A program made the position numbers and the translations under genes. 64,000 nt of DNA, from positions 16,182,001 to 16,246,000 of the forward strand of contig NC_043022.1 of assembly GCF_006345805.1 (NCBI RefSeq), in the 5' to 3' direction. Of this stretch, positions 1 through 12,849 are shown one piece after another (within the stretch, counting starts at the first letter, position 1; each line of letters begins with the position of its first letter). A model generated the notes under the pieces. That model had not been told where the DNA came from. It was given only the letters and a program-made list of their open reading frames with translations, and made no database searches. The stretch is from Octopus sinensis. Lineage: Eukaryota.

Positions 1-326
1 TACCAGCCAGAATTCTTAATTTGTTTACATAAACAGGTTTGAAGTGCACTCTCTTGTTGAACTATTTGAGATTTTATACAATCTAATTGATTAGAGTGTA
101 AAGTTTAGGTGCTTTGCACACCACTAACAAATACAGTTGATTCCTATTTATCTAAACAAATGTAATTTCCCAGTGTTCACAATAATTGTAAATTACATTC
201 CTCTTTCTTTCCCAAATAAGTTCTGTCCCTCGTCCTTTATCAAACCTGCCTGATTGTGTATATGTAATTTTATATTAATAGGTTCTTATCAATAAAGCAG
301 ACGGTGGAAGGCTGAAATACTTGATA

Positions 327-521
327 ATCATCATCATCATCATCGTCATCGTTTAGCGTCCGCTTTCCATGCTGGCATGGGTTGGGTGGTGCAACTTGGG
401 TCTGGGAAGCCAGAAGGCTGCACCAGGCCCAGTCTGATCTGGCAATGTTTCTACGGCTGGATGCCCTTCCTAACGCCAACCACTCCATGAGTGTAGTAGG
501 TGCTTTTTACGTGCCACCTGC
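327..521 (-). mobile_element. RTE-clade LINE 3' end fragment (working family R1), (GAT)n tail
   Basis: Starts with (TCA)n (the tail on the - strand), then gtttagcgtccgctttccatgctggcatggg...ctggatgcccttcctaacgccaaccactcc. Near-identical to 11708 and 60426, and homologous to the UTR following the RTE ORF end at 1225-1963. Confidence 0.75.
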
Positions 522-823
522 GCAATATTTAATTTTATCCCTTTTAGTCTCTCAGTTCAACTTATGCTGGTGTTCACTTTGATTTTATTCCTTCTGGGGT
601 CAAAAATACAATCTCAATGATAATATACTAAGGCTGTGTCATGGTCTGTTGGTCTGGACTGTGTTGGTGACTGGCTGAGTTGATGAATGAAAATATGTTT
701 CTTGGGTTGCTTGAAGAAGTAACTGAACAGCATCTGTAAGCATTTAAAAGAAGATCTTATTATCACTCATAATGACAAACTGTGTTGGCCTTCTACAAAT
801 AACAATTGCAATAATTACATACT

Positions 824-861
824 GAGAGAGAGAGAGAGAGGGAGAGGGAGAGAGAGAGAGG

Positions 862-903
<42 letters not shown>
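824..903. repeat. (GA)n microsatellite, imperfect
   Basis: Seen directly. Confidence 0.95.
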
Positions 904-907
<4 letters not shown>

Positions 908-1224
908 GACTGCTTAGAGTTTGCAGCAAGCTGTTGATATGACATGTGGTTTTCCCGATATAACTGCAAACAACTGTTCTGTATTCATGGCGATGGAGGT
1001 TCCTGTCCTTTATATGCACCATCTGTTTCAGCTGTCTCCCTGGGTCAACAGGCTGGTAAAAATGTGAGCTGAATGGTTTTTACAGGAGACTGGAAGTAAA
1101 GTAAAATTCTAGAACGTTTGAGAAAACATGCTGGTTGGTCTGTTAATAGATCAGTCATACGAAACTGTGGTAGTTTGCTCATGAGGTCTGACCGTGTATC
1201 CAGGGATTCGATTTTGAATTATTG

Positions 1225-1963
1225 CTATGTCAGTGTACATGTTCAACAGAATGTAAGTATCTTGGGAGAAAAGTTAGGCATAAAAGGCATCAGATGTTGT
1301 GTGCAAGAGAGATGGCTGCACTAATATGGTCATGTGATGTGTATGGATGAGGACAACTGTGTAAAGATGTGCCAATCTCTAACTGTAGAGGGAACCTGTG
1401 GTAGAGGTAGACCCAGGAAGACGTGGGATGAAGTGGTGATGCACAATCTTCGAACTTTGGACCTCACAGAGACAATGACTAGCGACCAAGACCTTTGGCA
1501 ATAGGCTGTGCTTGAGAAGACCCGTCAAGCCAAGTGAAATCGCAGTCATGGCTGATGTTGGTGTCACGTAACTGACACCCATGCTGGTGGCACGTAAAAA
1601 ACACCTTTTGAGCATTGGACCTCACGGAGGCAAAGTGGCTGAGCTCCTTTCAAGTGTTGGGTCTCATGGAGGCAATGACCAAGACCTTTGGCATTGTGTC
1701 ATGCTTGAGAAGAAGACCCATCAAGCTGAGCAAAATTGCAGTAGTGGCAGATACTGGTGTCATGTGAATGGCACCTGTGCCAGTGGCATGTTAAAGCACC
1801 CATTACACTCTTGGAGTGGTTGGTATTAGGAAGGGTGTCTAGCCATAGAAACCATGCCAAATCAGACTGGAGACTGGTGCAGCCTTCCATCTTGCCAGCC
1901 CCAGTCAAACCATCCAACCCATACCAACATTGGCAACAGAACTGTTAAATGATGATGATGATG
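1225..1963 (+). mobile_element. RTE-clade LINE, decayed ORF C-terminus plus 3' UTR
   Basis: Translates VSVHVQQNVSILGEKLGIKGIRCCVQERWLH*YGHVMCMDEDNCVKMCQSLTVEGTCGRGRPRKTWDEVV..., the RTE C-terminal RLxWxGHVxRM / RGRPRKTW region, with in-frame stops. Ends in a (GAT)n tail at 1950-1963. Confidence 0.85.
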
Positions 1964-2874
1964 CTACAGCTGTATCATCTCATCTGTCACTCTTCCCCTT
2001 AAAATAATAGAATTGGTTCAATATCAAATGAAAGGGAATCAATATTTATTTCTGGTGTTTTAAAAGCTAGTTTCTTCCATCATCCCAGCTTCCAGGTTGA
2101 AGTTCTGGGAGTGTCAAGATTATGTTTGCATGTGTATGTCACATCGGTAAAATGAGGAATTTTTAGTGTCTTTGAGGGGTTCACTGTTCTGTTAAGTCAA
2201 TCTGATGGATACGAGTTAATAATTTTCCCCCCAAGGTTTACAGCATAAGCTTGATGGACACATTTATCAGAAAGCAATTCCCTATTATGATGCATGTTCT
2301 TTGATCCTTATCCTAGCGAACAGTTTAAGGACTCTTGTATATTCAGAGAGTATGTATTATCATTGCGCTTCAATAACATTCTTAACTTTTTTTAGATTAT
2401 GAATATATTTGTTTTTATGATACCCTTTGGACAACAACATGATGCATCATGGGAAGTTAGCACCTGCATACGTGTGTGTGTGTGTGTGTGTGTGTGTGTT
2501 AAGTTTGAGATTTTGTATTTTTTGATGGTTGTTTTCCATTTATATCTGACATTGTCCTTGTTCTTGCATTGTTTTGTGTAATTTATTTAGGTTTATTGAT
2601 TGTTTTTCCTTAGAATTATTTCTGTGTGTATGTTTGCATTAGTTTATTATTAATCTCTGTAGCAACAAACTGGTTAAGGCTTTCCTATATTTCTTTGTAG
2701 CCTGATAATGGTGGTTGATCAGGCAAGCCAGATAGCAAATTTCCAGTGTCTCTCTGTTTAAAGTTGTGGGGGCACAAAACACAAACTGAAACAGATGAAA
2801 GAAGTGGTATACGAGTGTAGGATCCGAAGTTCAATTCCAGTGGACAGTATTTTAGGCAAATACCTTCTAACATA

Positions 2875-3106
2875 TATTTCTTTACTACCCACAAGGGGCT
2901 AAACATAGAGGGGACAAACAAGGACAGACAAAGGGATTGAGTCGATTACATCGATCCAGTGCGTAACTGGTACTTAATTTATCGACCCCGAAAGGATGAA
3001 AGGCAAAGTCGACCTCGGCGGAATTTGAACTCGGAACGTAATGACAGACGAAATACGGCTATGCATTTTGCCCGGCGTGCTAACGTTTCCGCCAGCTCGC
3101 CGCCTT
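2875..3106 (-). mobile_element. tRNA-derived SINE family A (Meta-like domain), young copy
   Basis: Reverse complement of the 63371-63602 copy: ggcggcgagctggc head, B-box-like gagttcaaattcc, then gtcgactttgcctttcatcctttcggggtcgataaattaagtaccag. Confidence 0.9.
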
Positions 3107-3372
3107 AAATATCTTCTAACATAGCCTCTGGCCAAACCAAAGTATTGTGCATGAAATTGCTAAGTTGGAAACTGTGTGAAGCCCATTAAAGGGATTGTAG
3201 CTTTTTAGGACTGGTGGCTGACTTAACCCATTATTTGGATTATCCAGTTTGATTTTACCACTTGGCCCTCCAGTCTGAGTTTATCCTGATGTGTTGCTTT
3301 GTCTTACAATAACTCATGAATCATAGATTTCCTTCCCCAACCCATTCTTGGAGTTTCTGTTGAAGGTCATCA

Positions 3373-3794
3373 TTTTATCTTTTACCTGTTTCATTCTTTA
3401 GACTGCAACCATGCTGAGGCACCGTCTTGAAGAATTTTTAGTCGAATGAATCGATCCCAGTGCTTGTTTTTTTTCAAAGCATGGTACTTATTCTGTTGGT
3501 TTCTTTTGTGGAACCGTTAAGTTAATGGGATGTAAACAAACCAACACTGGTTGTCAGGCAATGGTGAGGGAGGAACACAGACTCATAGACACACTCACTC
3601 ACACACACACACACACACATACACACACACACACACACACATATATATGAGGGGCTTCTTTCAGGTTCCATCTACCAAGTCCACTCAAGGCTTTGGTCAG
3701 CGCAAAGATATAGAAGGCATTTGGCCAAGGTGCCATACTGTGAGACTGAACCCAGAACCATATGATTAGGAAGCAAACCTCTTACCACACAACC
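3373..3794 (-). mobile_element. SINE family B (tRNA head, CORE-like segment, internal CA/TG microsatellite)
   Basis: Colinear with the full-length copies at 5117, 33457 and 49370. Confidence 0.8.
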
Positions 3795-4589
3795 CTCTCT
3801 AAAATAATGAAAGAGAATGTGTCTTTGACTAGATAAAAGAAAAATATGAACATAAGTTTGTTATTCAATTAACCAAAGATGAAATCTTGAAAAAATCACT
3901 GATGTGGTTTTTGGAAACTAAAGTTCCTATCATCAAATTTGTTAGAGAGACTGTTTATGAAGGTGTTAAGCATGTTTATATGGATAAGTATTTTTTTTTT
4001 TGTGTGTAAAAGTCTATGTAAAACATTGGTGTGTTTGATTTATTTATTCAATTTTTAAAAAAATTGAATATATTACTGTGATAAAAATATTAGCTTTTAT
4101 TAAGTTTATATAGCACTATCTGCTTGGGGCATAAGTCATTAAAACCGATACGGATTGACAAGGAATTGAATTATGGAAATTTTGTTAGTAAAATTACTAA
4201 ATCTGCTTGTTGAGTTAGGAGATAAACAGCACAGGGGGAACACGGGTGATGAAAATAGTGAGATTAGAATATTAAATAAATTCAGCAGTAATTTGATTAA
4301 ATTAAAAAAGATCTTAACAATCTAATGGGGAAGAAAGAATACATTTTGTATCTCAACTCCACTAATAAGTGAAACAATGAACCTGCTTGTCTTTATGAAT
4401 TGTGTCTGAAGGCAGTTAAACATTACTGAGCCTGGTCTTATTTTCATTTGTCAGCCAGTCCTAAGAAATATGTAACCCATTAAAAATAAATGTTTTGTCC
4501 TGCACACGTGCGCACACACAGCTTCCTTACAGTTTCCCTCAACCAGTTCCACTCACAAGCAGAAGACACTTGTTTATAGTACTACACTC

Positions 4590-4690
4590 AAGTACTGGGG
4601 TTGATGTGATCGACTATCCCCCTCCCCACAAATTCCAGGCCTTGTGCCTATAGTAGAAAGGACTATTATTATTATTATTATTATTATTAT

Positions 4691-4733
<43 letters not shown>
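4590..4733 (+). mobile_element. 3' part of a family A SINE with (ATT)n(AGT)n tail
   Basis: gtactggggttgatgtgatcgac...aaattccaggccttgtgcc...(att)n, the same ending as 32911 and 41095. Confidence 0.6.
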
Positions 4734-4735
<2 letters not shown>

Positions 4736-5116
4736 GCTGGCAGAAAAGATAATAGTAATAACATGATTTTTATGCATCAGAAAGAAATCAGTATTCAAAT
4801 TGCATCTCAGAACAGTTTTGTTTAATTCTTGATATTCCATTCATCAGAAACAATCTAGCATTTGCTGGTTATCAGCCGAACAGAATTGTCTCAGATTCAA
4901 GCAACAACAAATACAACAACAGCTACAAAATAGAAACAAATAGAAAAGAAAATCTATAACTGAAGGAACTGTCCAAGTCCATAGTTCTTAACCTAGCTGA
5001 AATTTCCCTCCCATAATTATTGGTAGGCTGGAATTTCAGGATTCCAGAAGGAAATTTGGGGATTCCAGTGAGGAAATCATTTCTTGATTGTGTATAGTAG
5101 GATTTATTTTCTTTAA

Positions 5117-5508
5117 TACTCTTTTACTTGTTTCAGTCATTTGACTGCGGCCATGCTGGAGCACCGCCTTTAGTCGAGCAAATCGACCCCGGGACTTATT
5201 CTTTGTAAGCCCAGTACTTATTCTATCGGTCTCTTTTGCCGAACCACTAAGTGACAGGGACGTAAACACACTAGCATCGGTTGTCAAGCAATGCTAAGGG
5301 GACAAACACAGACACACAAACACACACACACGCATATATATATATATATATATATACGACAGGCTTCTTTCAGTTTCCGTCTACCAAATCCACTCACAAG
5401 GCATTGGTTGGCCCGGGGCTATAGCAGAAGACACTTGCGCAAGATGCCACGCAGTGGGACTGAACCCGCAACCATATGGTTGGTTAGCAAGCTACTTACC
5501 ACACAGCC
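5117..5508 (-). mobile_element. SINE family B, full length, young
   Basis: Nearly identical (reverse complement) to 49370-49785. The tail reads ctgaaacaagtaaaagagta on the - strand. Confidence 0.9.
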
Positions 5509-5549
5509 GTTGATCTTTTTTTTTTTATCTGTTCTTTCAGTCATACGAA

Positions 5550-5875
5550 GGTGCTTAGTCCAGTGGTTAGAGCATTGGCTTACAGTCATGGGGTTGTGAG
5601 TTCAATTCCCAATCCGGACTTTTTATTCTTGAGCAAGATACTTTATTTCATGTTCCTCCAGATCACCCAGCTGTAGAAATGAGTTATGGTGTCACTGGTG
5701 CCAAACCATATTGACCTTTATCGTTCCCTTTGACAATATCGGTGGTGCGGAGAAGAGAGGCTGGTATGCATGGGCAACTGCTGGTCTTCCATAAACAACC
5801 TTGCTCAGACTTGTGCCTCAGAGGGGAACTTTCTAGGTGCAACCCCATGGTCATGCATGGCTGAAGGGGATCTTT
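5550..5875 (+). mobile_element. tRNA/CORE-headed SINE (working family E) with a distinct 3' body
   Basis: A-box-like tagtccagtggttag and B-box-like gagttcaattccc. The segment tcttgagcaagatactttatttcatgttcctccagatcacccagctg is shared with 15022, 26271 and 28110. Confidence 0.7.
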
Positions 5876-5877
5876 AC

Positions 5878-6560
5878 ACTTTTGACCTTTACTTTTAGTC
5901 ATTGGGCTGCAGCCATGCTGGGGCACTGCTTTGGAGTACATTATTTTAAAAGTCTGATGCTTACTCTGTCATTTCTCTTTTGCAGAATTGCAAAGGTTTG
6001 GTGGTTTCCCATACAGACTCTGTCTACCAAATCCACTCACAAGGCCTTGGTTTGCTCAGGGCTGTAGTAGAAGACACTTACCCAAGGTGCCACACAGTGG
6101 GACTGAACCCAGAACTCATGCAGTCACAGAGCAACCTCCTTAGCCTCATAGTCATACTTGCACTTATACTTGCACCATACAGCCATGCCTGTGCCTGTCT
6201 TTTATTTGTTTCAGTTATTGGAGTGTGGCACCTCCTTGAGGGTTTTACTCAAACAAATCAACCCCTCTAATTTTTTTTTAAGACTGTGAATTATTCTGTT
6301 GGTCTGTTTTGCTGAACTGCTCAGCTACAGAGATGTAAACAAAGCAACACCAGTGTCAAGTGGTGGTAGGGGACAAACACAGATACAAAAACACACATGC
6401 ATAGATACACACACACACACTTCTTTCAGTTTCTTTCTACCAAAGCTGTGGTTGGCCTGAGGCTGTAGTAGGATAAATTTGTTCAAGGTACCATGCAGTG
6501 AGACTGAACCCGGAACCAAGTGGTTGGGAAGCAAACTTCTTACCACACAGCCATGCCTGC
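5878..6560 (-). mobile_element. Cluster of diverged family B SINE pieces
   Basis: Tail pieces at ~5880 and ~6205; head pieces at ~6020-6190 and ~6420-6560 (tctaccaaatccactcacaagg...gggactgaaccc...cttaccacacagcc). Confidence 0.65.
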
Positions 6561-7261
6561 ATCCATGTTAGCATTAAATTAATATAATGCTGTTAATGTT
6601 ATATAATAAATTGGATTGTATACAAGAGCACTTGTTTTTTATTCATATGTGGCTGCAAATTGGGATAATGAACTGGTAATGGGGAAGAAATACAAAAAAA
6701 CGAAGGAAGGAAATAAGAAACACTTGTCTAAGTATTTACAGATTTTCTTTCCCAACATACAATGCCATGTTTTGTTTGTCTCTTCCCTTGTTCCTTTTCA
6801 TTATTTGGCCAACATCCTCTTACCAGCCTGAAATTTACTACTATTTCTTGAGAAAATATCTCTTGATTATATCCATGGAGGCTGTTTTGAGAACTTCCTT
6901 GTTTGCACTATTGATCATTTTCCAGTTTTCATCATTCTTCCATCAATTATTTTAGACATTTGTTTTGCTCTGTTTACTTTAGCTTATTGTCTTCAATGTT
7001 TTTCTTCAATATTCTTTGCCAACTTTTCTATTGTTGCTATTGATTTTTCTCTATGAAATTATTCTATAAAATTCTAAATATCATATTTAGATAAGACCTT
7101 CCCACTGCTTTTTATATTTGTTTATTTTTTTTTGTTTTGACAGTTATTTTTTTTATTATTATTATTTCTTAATGCTAATTTCATTTTATCAATTTAAATA
7201 ATAAAATAAAAATATTTTGTAATTTTTAATCAAAGCAAAGCAATCACGGAACTAGAATGTA

Positions 7262-7299
<38 letters not shown>

Positions 7300-7506
7300 A
7301 TTATTTTTAATCAACAGAAACATTAGCAGATAGTCTGATTGTCTGACATATGTGTGAGAATTGTGCTGCTGTGTGATTGTGCCATTCTGGTTATAGAGGC
7401 AAGAGGGAAGTATGTTCAGCCTGTTAAGTAGGTTTACCTGTTGTACCAAAAAAATCTGGCTTAGAATTCGAAGCATTAAATGACATTTCTGAAGGGGTCA
7501 TTTCTG

Positions 7507-7680
7507 TTAATTCTTTTGATACCAATCCATCACCGACTGCCCATGGGCCTCGGATACAATGACCACATTTCAAATTAATCTAAACTTAAACTTTCCATTA
7601 AATTTCATGCTAATTCATGTTTTTACACTCCAGTTGAATATTGAAAACATTTACCAAATCCTTCATTTTGCATCTCATCT
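7507..7680 (+). mobile_element. piggyBac-like MITE, diverged partial copy
   Basis: Starts with ttaa. Shares ctttccattaaatttcatgctaattcatg with 29343, 35545, 42365 and 55311. Confidence 0.4.
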
Positions 7681-7689
7681 TCACCCACT

Positions 7690-8818
7690 TCTTCCTGAGA
7701 GGATCATAGGGATTAGTCCTCATGTATATTTTCCAGTCAAAAGCTGTCATCTTTTATTGATCCAGCTTGATCCCCAAGTGAGACCATGCAAGCTCATGGA
7801 TGTTATCCAACCATCTTGTTGTCTCCCTCTGGGTCTCCTGCCAGTTGGCTTTGCATGTAAATCTGTCATGTGATTCTTTCCCAAGACATTCTAACTACAT
7901 GTCCATAATATTGGAGCTGTGCTCTCTCAATTCAAAGAAGTAGTGGTTCTACCTGGAGTGCCTCTCGGATTTCCATACTACACACTCTATCAAGTAACAT
8001 TACTCCAAACACCCTTCAGATGAGCCCCACCTTAGCTGCTTGTATTCACGACTGTATTCTTTTGGTTATTACTCAAGATTCCTGCTCATATGTAAGGGTC
8101 AGCATGAACACTGAACTGAAGAAAGCAAGTCTGGCTTTTACACCGACCTTCCTTCTTCTGATGCATTGCTGCACCAGCTACAGCAATTCTTGTGCTTAAC
8201 TCAGCCTCCTGCCTTCCATCATTCATGAAAATGGCCCTGAGATACTTGAACTTCTCATCCTGCTTCAGTGGAACTCCACTCACATGTAGAGTGGATTGAG
8301 CAGGCTTCCTTCAGAGGACAAATGCCACAGTCTTTGCAGCACTGATATTCATTCCTATCAAACAGCACTCAGTAGCAAACCCGTCACATGCATGTTAGGG
8401 ATCACCTTCCAACAAGTTGAGTAGTGCCATGTCATCTGCAAATTCTAGCTGACTGAACCTACACTCACTGGTTTCAATACCACCTCCAGCCTGGCTGCAT
8501 ATGTCAATCCTGTCCATAAATACTATGATCCAGGCAAGTGGCAGTACACACCCTTGGTGAAGTTTGACACCCACATTGAATGCTTTTGATTTAGCACCAT
8601 TTATCCAATCACAAATACTAGGGCATCCATATAAGGATTTCAAGACATCAAAATGCTCTCCATTGATTTCATACTCTTGCAGAACCTTCCACAAGTCCTG
8701 TGGAACACAGTTGTGTGCTTTTTGAAATCTACAAAGTAAGCATACACTTCTTGACCATAGTCTCATGCTTTCTCAAGAACCTGCTGCAGTGGGAATATTT
8801 GGTTGGCTCTGCTGCATC
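7690..8818 (-). mobile_element. RTE-clade LINE reverse transcriptase fossil
   Basis: The - strand gives QIFPLQQVLEKA..VYAYFVDFKKAHN, then HQGCVL (RT domain 4), LEFADDMALL (the YADD motif), KFKYL, and AKPTGRRPRGR at the C-terminus, with frameshifts and stops (ORFs 8395..8766 and 8086..8283). Confidence 0.9.
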
Positions 8819-8904
8819 AGTATTTTAAAAATTAATTGTCCAAGCGGCAGTATACTTCATAAAAAATACAGTTATGAGTAAATTCTGTTTGCAATGATGT
8901 CTGT

Positions 8905-9055
8905 GTAAAGGCATACCATCCTTGACCATCTTGTCTTTTCTCCCAGCTATAGTGTATGTTTGACTATTCAACAGGTTCTTTGTTTTAAGACAGTAAGGTA
9001 TAGCTTAAACTGATTTAGTTGTTGTTTCTAGCAACTTGTGATCACATGGAATCAC
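8905..9055 (-). mobile_element. Old interspersed repeat (working family D)
   Basis: ttaagacagtaagg...gatttagttgttgtttctagca is shared with 47075, 60170 and 62985 (- strand) and with 12850, 15640 and 54945 (+ strand). Confidence 0.45.
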
Positions 9056-9403
9056 TTTTTGGTTTTAAGGGGTTTCTTCAGGGTTGATGGAAATAGATAA
9101 AAAAAAATCTATGTAATAGTTAATAATATGTTGAAGAAATGGCAAAAAGAGTCTTGCAAAAATGTTTATAAACAAAACAATTTGAACAGGTGCAAAACTC
9201 GAAAAAGAAAAAAAAAAAACAAAAAAAACCCCATTTTCTTTTTACAAACTCATGTTAACATCAAAAAAAGGCAAGCTTGGCTGAACATGACAAGAAATAC
9301 AACAAAGCAATCTCTGGTTCTTGATTAACAAGGTTTTACTAAAGTATCAATATCTGCCAGATTTTTTTAAATGGGTTCACAACTCAAAGAAGTTGATTGG
9401 AAT

Positions 9404-9582
9404 TCATCCTCATTTGTCTGTTTTCCATGCTGGCACAGGTTGGCAGGTTTGACAGGCGCCAACAAGCTGCAGGACTGTCCCAAGATCCAGTGTCACCTTT
9501 GGTGTGTTTTCTATGGTTAGATGCCTTACCTAATGCCAACAACCTTTCAGGGAGTATTAGATGCTTTTCTTTTGTGCCAGCA
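9404..9582 (-). mobile_element. RTE 3' UTR fragment, diverged
   Basis: tttccatgctggcacaggttgg...tagatgccttacctaatgccaac, homologous to R1. Confidence 0.65.
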
Positions 9583-10109
9583 GAACTAATCATCTCCAGA
9601 TTGGAATTCATAAGTACAAATAAAAGATACAACAAAACACCATCTATAACAATGTTTAGTATGTTATGGTAAAGTAAACCCTAAATTGTGTTTTAATTCT
9701 TTCAAACCTACTATTGCAGTTAATATTGGCCATAAGACATTTTAACCAACCAGCTTTATTGAGTGCAGTTATTTACTTGACTTAGCTACAGCGGGTTAAG
9801 CTTGAAATATATAGATTAGAAACAATATGAATGAAAAAGAAAAGTAAAAGAAACGATAGAAAAAGTTTGTTATTAAAGCTTCAAGAAGTTTGAGACTTTC
9901 AAGGAAAGGAGATTGGGGGAGGTTGTGACATTTTTGCTTCAATGACTTAAACATGCAAACAATAGCAGCAATCGTATAATCAGCTGTAGTTACGTATATG
10001 TTTGTCAAGTGGTGTTATCTGGTGGGATTGGGAACGATTATATTTAGAGGAGGTTTGATAGGACTGAAACATGTATAGAGTGGTTGATAGTCTTTTCAGT
10101 TGTAATTTC

Positions 10110-10149
10110 ACACACACACACGCATGCACGCACGCATGCACGCACGCAT

Positions 10150-10184
<35 letters not shown>

Positions 10185-10185
10185 T
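10110..10185. repeat. (CA)n with embedded 12-bp cacgcatgcacg units (alternating purine-pyrimidine)
   Basis: Seen directly. Confidence 0.9.
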
Positions 10186-11707
10186 GTATGTCAAGTCAGT
10201 ATTACCAGGTTGGAATAGGGAAGTCTATATTTAACTGAGGAAGTCTAATAAAACTGAAACATACCCCGTGTTGTCATCATACTGCCAAAATCAGCTCCCT
10301 ACTGCATTGCCTACATTTTATTTTCAATTAGTTTTAATTAATTAAAAACCAGGTATTGTCCTGCCTTCCTATTTTGATCAAAACCAGTCATTAAGCCAAG
10401 GATTCTTTTCCCTGACATAAATGTAATTTTAATTAATTAAAATTTCTAAGCACCAACTTTATTACTTTCTGGACATCGGCCAACTACAAATTATTGTAAC
10501 GCAAACCCTGTTATCAAATGATTAGCAAATGGGAATACAAGGTATATAATAATAATAGAAAAGAGCTTTATACTGTTTTGTTTTGGTTAGCAGCTCTAGA
10601 CTTGGGAAGTTTAAAGTATTCTTATGTTCATTTTATTTTAATCTATTTGCTTTTATGAGAAGAAGCTGGGTATAATTTTCTACTCTATGTTACACGTTGC
10701 TCAGCAAGTTGCTATTATATGTATATAAAGTTACTAATAGATAATTAAAGAGGGAAATGTTTGTTTGAATAAATATATATTTTTCTGCTGTGTAAAGAGC
10801 TTTTGTCACATTGTAAGAAATGTACTATTGATATGAGCAATAAAACAGCGAAGTTTATTTCTTGATTATACAATATTCATAAAATAATAATGAAACATTT
10901 AAACATCCATAATTATAGCTAGACAAGGCGAGAGCAGAGATTCTTTTGTCATTTCAGGTGCCACCTCTGTAATTTCTGGTCTCATTACTTTCACATCACC
11001 AATTAAGTCTCCAAAAGTAGAATTTTGATGCTTACTGTACACTACATTTATTTTATTACTAATAGACTTCTCCCAAAACAGACAGAAAGGATTTATTAGA
11101 GTCACTGAAACACAATGGGCAATTTGCTAGAAGGACACAGATCATTTCAATATCAACTAATTTCATATATATTTATGCCTTATATAATTTATAGCAGTAC
11201 AATATGGCTGTTTCATATTTAAATTTATATCTGTTTTAGTGTTTTCTCTTAGAATATTAAGAAAATTGGGGATTGCTTTTTTTTTTTTTAATGTTTCAAA
11301 TTGAAATAATGTTTTATTTTAGTTTCTGTGTTGTTTGACCTGTTGTTAATTTGAATTTCTGCAACCACCGTTCACCATCTCAATCACCAATTGGTAAATG
11401 ATAGTAATGATAAGACTGAAAACTGTTGCAGTTATCGATTTAATTTCATAGCATTCAGAAAATTAAATTGATTGAACTACAGTTAAGGGGGAAATGTTAT
11501 TATATCAGTTACGTTTTTCAATATCACTGGGAGAAGTAAGAATTTAAATTAAATTTATTGTTTATGACATTTCAATTTTGATGCAGCATTTTTCATCAAA
11601 CTGTACAATACACCACATAGAATATTTTACTGTTTTGTTATAAGATTAACAAACCTTTAGGAAAATAATATATAGGTTCTGTTTTGTATCTATCCATCCA
11701 TCCATAT

Positions 11708-12120
11708 ATCATCATCGTTTAACGTCCGCTTTCCATGCTAGCATGGGTTGGACGGTTCAACTGGGGTCTGGGAAGCCCGAAGGCTGCACCAGGCCAGTCA
11801 GATCTGGCAGTGTTTCTACAGCTGGATGCCCTTCCTAACGCCAACCACTCCGTGAGTGTAGTGGGTGCTTTTTATGTGCCACCGACACAGGTGCCAGACG
11901 AGGCTGGCAAACAGCCACGCTCAGATGGTGTTTTTTATGTGCCACTGACGCAGGTGCCAGACGAGGCTGGCGAACGGCCACACTCGGATGGTGTTTTTTT
12001 TTATGTGCCATGGACACGTGTGCCAGACGAGGTTGGCGAACGGCCACACTCGGATGGTGTTTTTTACGTGCCACCGGCACGGAGGCCAGGCAAGGCTGGC
12101 ACAGCCACGATCGGATGGTG
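11708..12120 (-). mobile_element. RTE 3' end (R1), young, with four ~63-bp tandem units
   Basis: Units start at 11864, 11927, 11990 and 12056 (ggtgYtttttAYgtgcca...ggat). The first ~170 nt nearly match 327-521 and 60426-60720. Confidence 0.85.
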
Positions 12121-12189
12121 ATTGTTACATGTTTGTTAAGTATACTGAATATATATATATATATATACATATATATAAACAGTTTTGAT

Positions 12190-12590
12190 AGCATGGCTGT
12201 GTGGTAAGAAGCTTGCTTCCCAATCCCATGGTTCTGGGTTTAGTCCTACAGTTTTAGTCCCACCTTGGACAAGTGTTTCTACTGTAGCCTTGGACTGATC
12301 AAAGCCTTGTGAGTGGATTGGTGAAAACTGAAAGAAGTCTATCATGTGTGTGTGTGTGTGTGTGTTTGTCCCCCACCACTATTTGACAACTGGTGTTGGT
12401 GTGTTTACATCCTTGTAACTTAGCGGTTTGGCAAAAGAGGCTGATAGAATAAGTAACAGGCTCAGAACAACAGCAAAGAAAAAAAATAATAATAAGTACT
12501 AGGGTCAATTCATTTGACTAAACATTCTTCAAGGCTGTGTCCCAGCATGGCTGCAGTCTAATGACTAAAACAAGTGAAAGATAGAAGAAA
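12190..12590 (+). mobile_element. SINE family B, full length, moderately diverged
   Basis: tggctgtgtggtaagaagcttgcttccc head, ccttggacaagtgt CORE-like segment, (TG)n, tail gactaaaacaagtgaaagata. Confidence 0.8.
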
Positions 12591-12849
12591 TTATCTCTTT
12601 TAGAGATGGCTAATCTATTAAGATAAAGTGACAGATCCTGTTAATACACCTTCATCCTATTTTTTGTCAATAAAGGAATTTTCATGTGAAGCTCTTGACA
12701 GGTTAATACATTCAAGTGAAAGTTCTACATGGTTGCCTGCTCTATTTAAAATATTAACAAAAGTCTTTGATCATTAGTCTGCTCAATCAGGTTAGACCTT
12801 GGATGAAACCATAAGAACCAGATCCTTAGTGAGCCGACAAGAGGTAGCT

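Noticed and set aside
2096-2146. Possible 51-nt + strand exon (pyrimidine-rich ccag| ... |gtaaaa; VEVLGVSRLCLHVYVTS)
   Set aside because: No recognisable homology and no partner exons; such splice-like pairs arise by chance in 64 kb. RNA-seq would be needed.
2685-2921. CVLCPHNFKQ resembling a PHD-finger start
   Set aside because: The remaining Cys/His ligands are absent and the ORF begins inside a SINE.
5036-5599. Recurrent ORFs such as MTTDAGVFTS... and MLRGQTQTHKH... (also 33404, 33656, 49316, 27658)
   Set aside because: They are open frames through family B SINE copies, repeated wherever the SINE occurs, with no protein-family signature.
6800-7100. Purine-rich - strand stretch that looks coding (EKSIATIEKLAKNIEEKH)
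   Set aside because: Stops in all frames every ~20 codons and no identifiable protein or transposon motif.
11864-12120. Regularly spaced ~63-bp repeats resembling a CRISPR array
   Set aside because: The units are contiguous with no unique spacers, lie inside a LINE 3' UTR, and there are no cas genes in this eukaryotic DNA.
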